A stretch of 32,954 nt of DNA, from the NCBI GenBank assembly GCA_011109175.1, contig RDEW01000020.1, forward strand, positions 862,514-895,467, written 5' to 3'. The notes below the pieces were generated by a model. The model was not told the DNA's origin. It made no database searches and saw only the letters and a program-made list of their open reading frames with translations. This stretch comes from Dicyema japonicum (Eukaryota > Animalia > Dicyemida). Both the position numbers and the translations under genes were made by a program. Positions 32,290 to 32,954 of the stretch are shown here, piece after piece (within the stretch, counting starts at the first letter, position 1; each line of letters starts with the position of its first letter).

Positions 32290-32954
32290 AAAACCACTAT
32301 TTTCGATAATTTATGCAACTTTATATGAATACGGAAGCCAGATTCTGCATCCCTGAAGAAATCTAGGAAGACAACTGAAAACAAACATTAGATTTTTCAA
32401 GATGTTTATACACGAATGAAATTGGCTGCCAAAAGGATCGGCAGATTCTGCCGATCATTAGGACATCTTGTCTCTTTTGATGAGCCATATTTCACAGCAT
32501 TAAGATCGTGTGAATTCACCCATAGCATTTCAATAAACGGCCAATCGGCCGCAATGATGAATTAATAAGATAGTTAAAGATAACTCTTAAATTATCAGTT
32601 GAAGAAACTCCATTCGGTGTTATTAAACATTCAAGTTCTATTAAACTTTGGAGATATCTTTTCCGGGACCCTATCGAGTTCCGGATGAAAGACTGGAAGA
32701 TATTCCAAAAGATAAGACCGATAGACTCTTAGGATATGATGAAATACTTGGCCGACAGGCCATGTATGTTGCATGAAAGAAATCCTTCCTTACAAGATAA
32801 TCCCCCTCAGAGCTGAAATTGTTCACGAACTCGGGAACAAGAAACGGGTTGTACTGTTTCACTATATTGGGTTAACGTTTTGCAATCGCCGTTAGCACAT
32901 ATGCTAAAGGATGCTTTTAAGTAGCACCCCTCTGCATTTTCATCCTTTCATCTG
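32290..32954 (+). other. Endogenous viral element: decayed narnavirus-like (Lenarviricota) RNA-dependent RNA polymerase, continuing past the window end
   Basis: Frameshift-corrected peptide: SLKKSRKTT..RMKLAAKRIGRFCRSLG..EETPFG..LWRYLFRDP..LLGYDEILGRQAMYVA..IIPLRAEIVHELGNKKRVV(T)VSLYWVNVLQSPLAHMLKDAFK*HPSAFSS. Confidence 0.72.

Overview
AT-rich eukaryotic nuclear DNA with the standard genetic code. There are two host genes, both on the minus strand: ALIX/PDCD6IP (1861-4643) and POLE2/DPB2 (10983-12816). By manual splicing they contain about 27 introns of only 21-28 nt, suggesting a genome-reduced animal-like parasite; this taxonomy is inference only. Almost everything else is a mosaic of decayed transposable-element fragments: CRE-clade, RTE and I-like LINEs, a tRNA-derived SINE family, hAT, pogo/Tigger, Ginger-like integrase and gypsy relics. 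The most notable signal is a decayed narnavirus-like RdRp endogenous viral element (about 32290 to the window end), plus a second 124-bp piece of the same viral gene inside a dispersed repeat (26571-26694). Other oddities: a GT-TG splice site and an in-frame TGA in POLE2, a PHD-finger CRE element, a circularly permuted LINE fragment, and an allelic false duplication in ALIX around an N. All protein family assignments come from remembered motifs, not database searches. TE boundaries are approximate.
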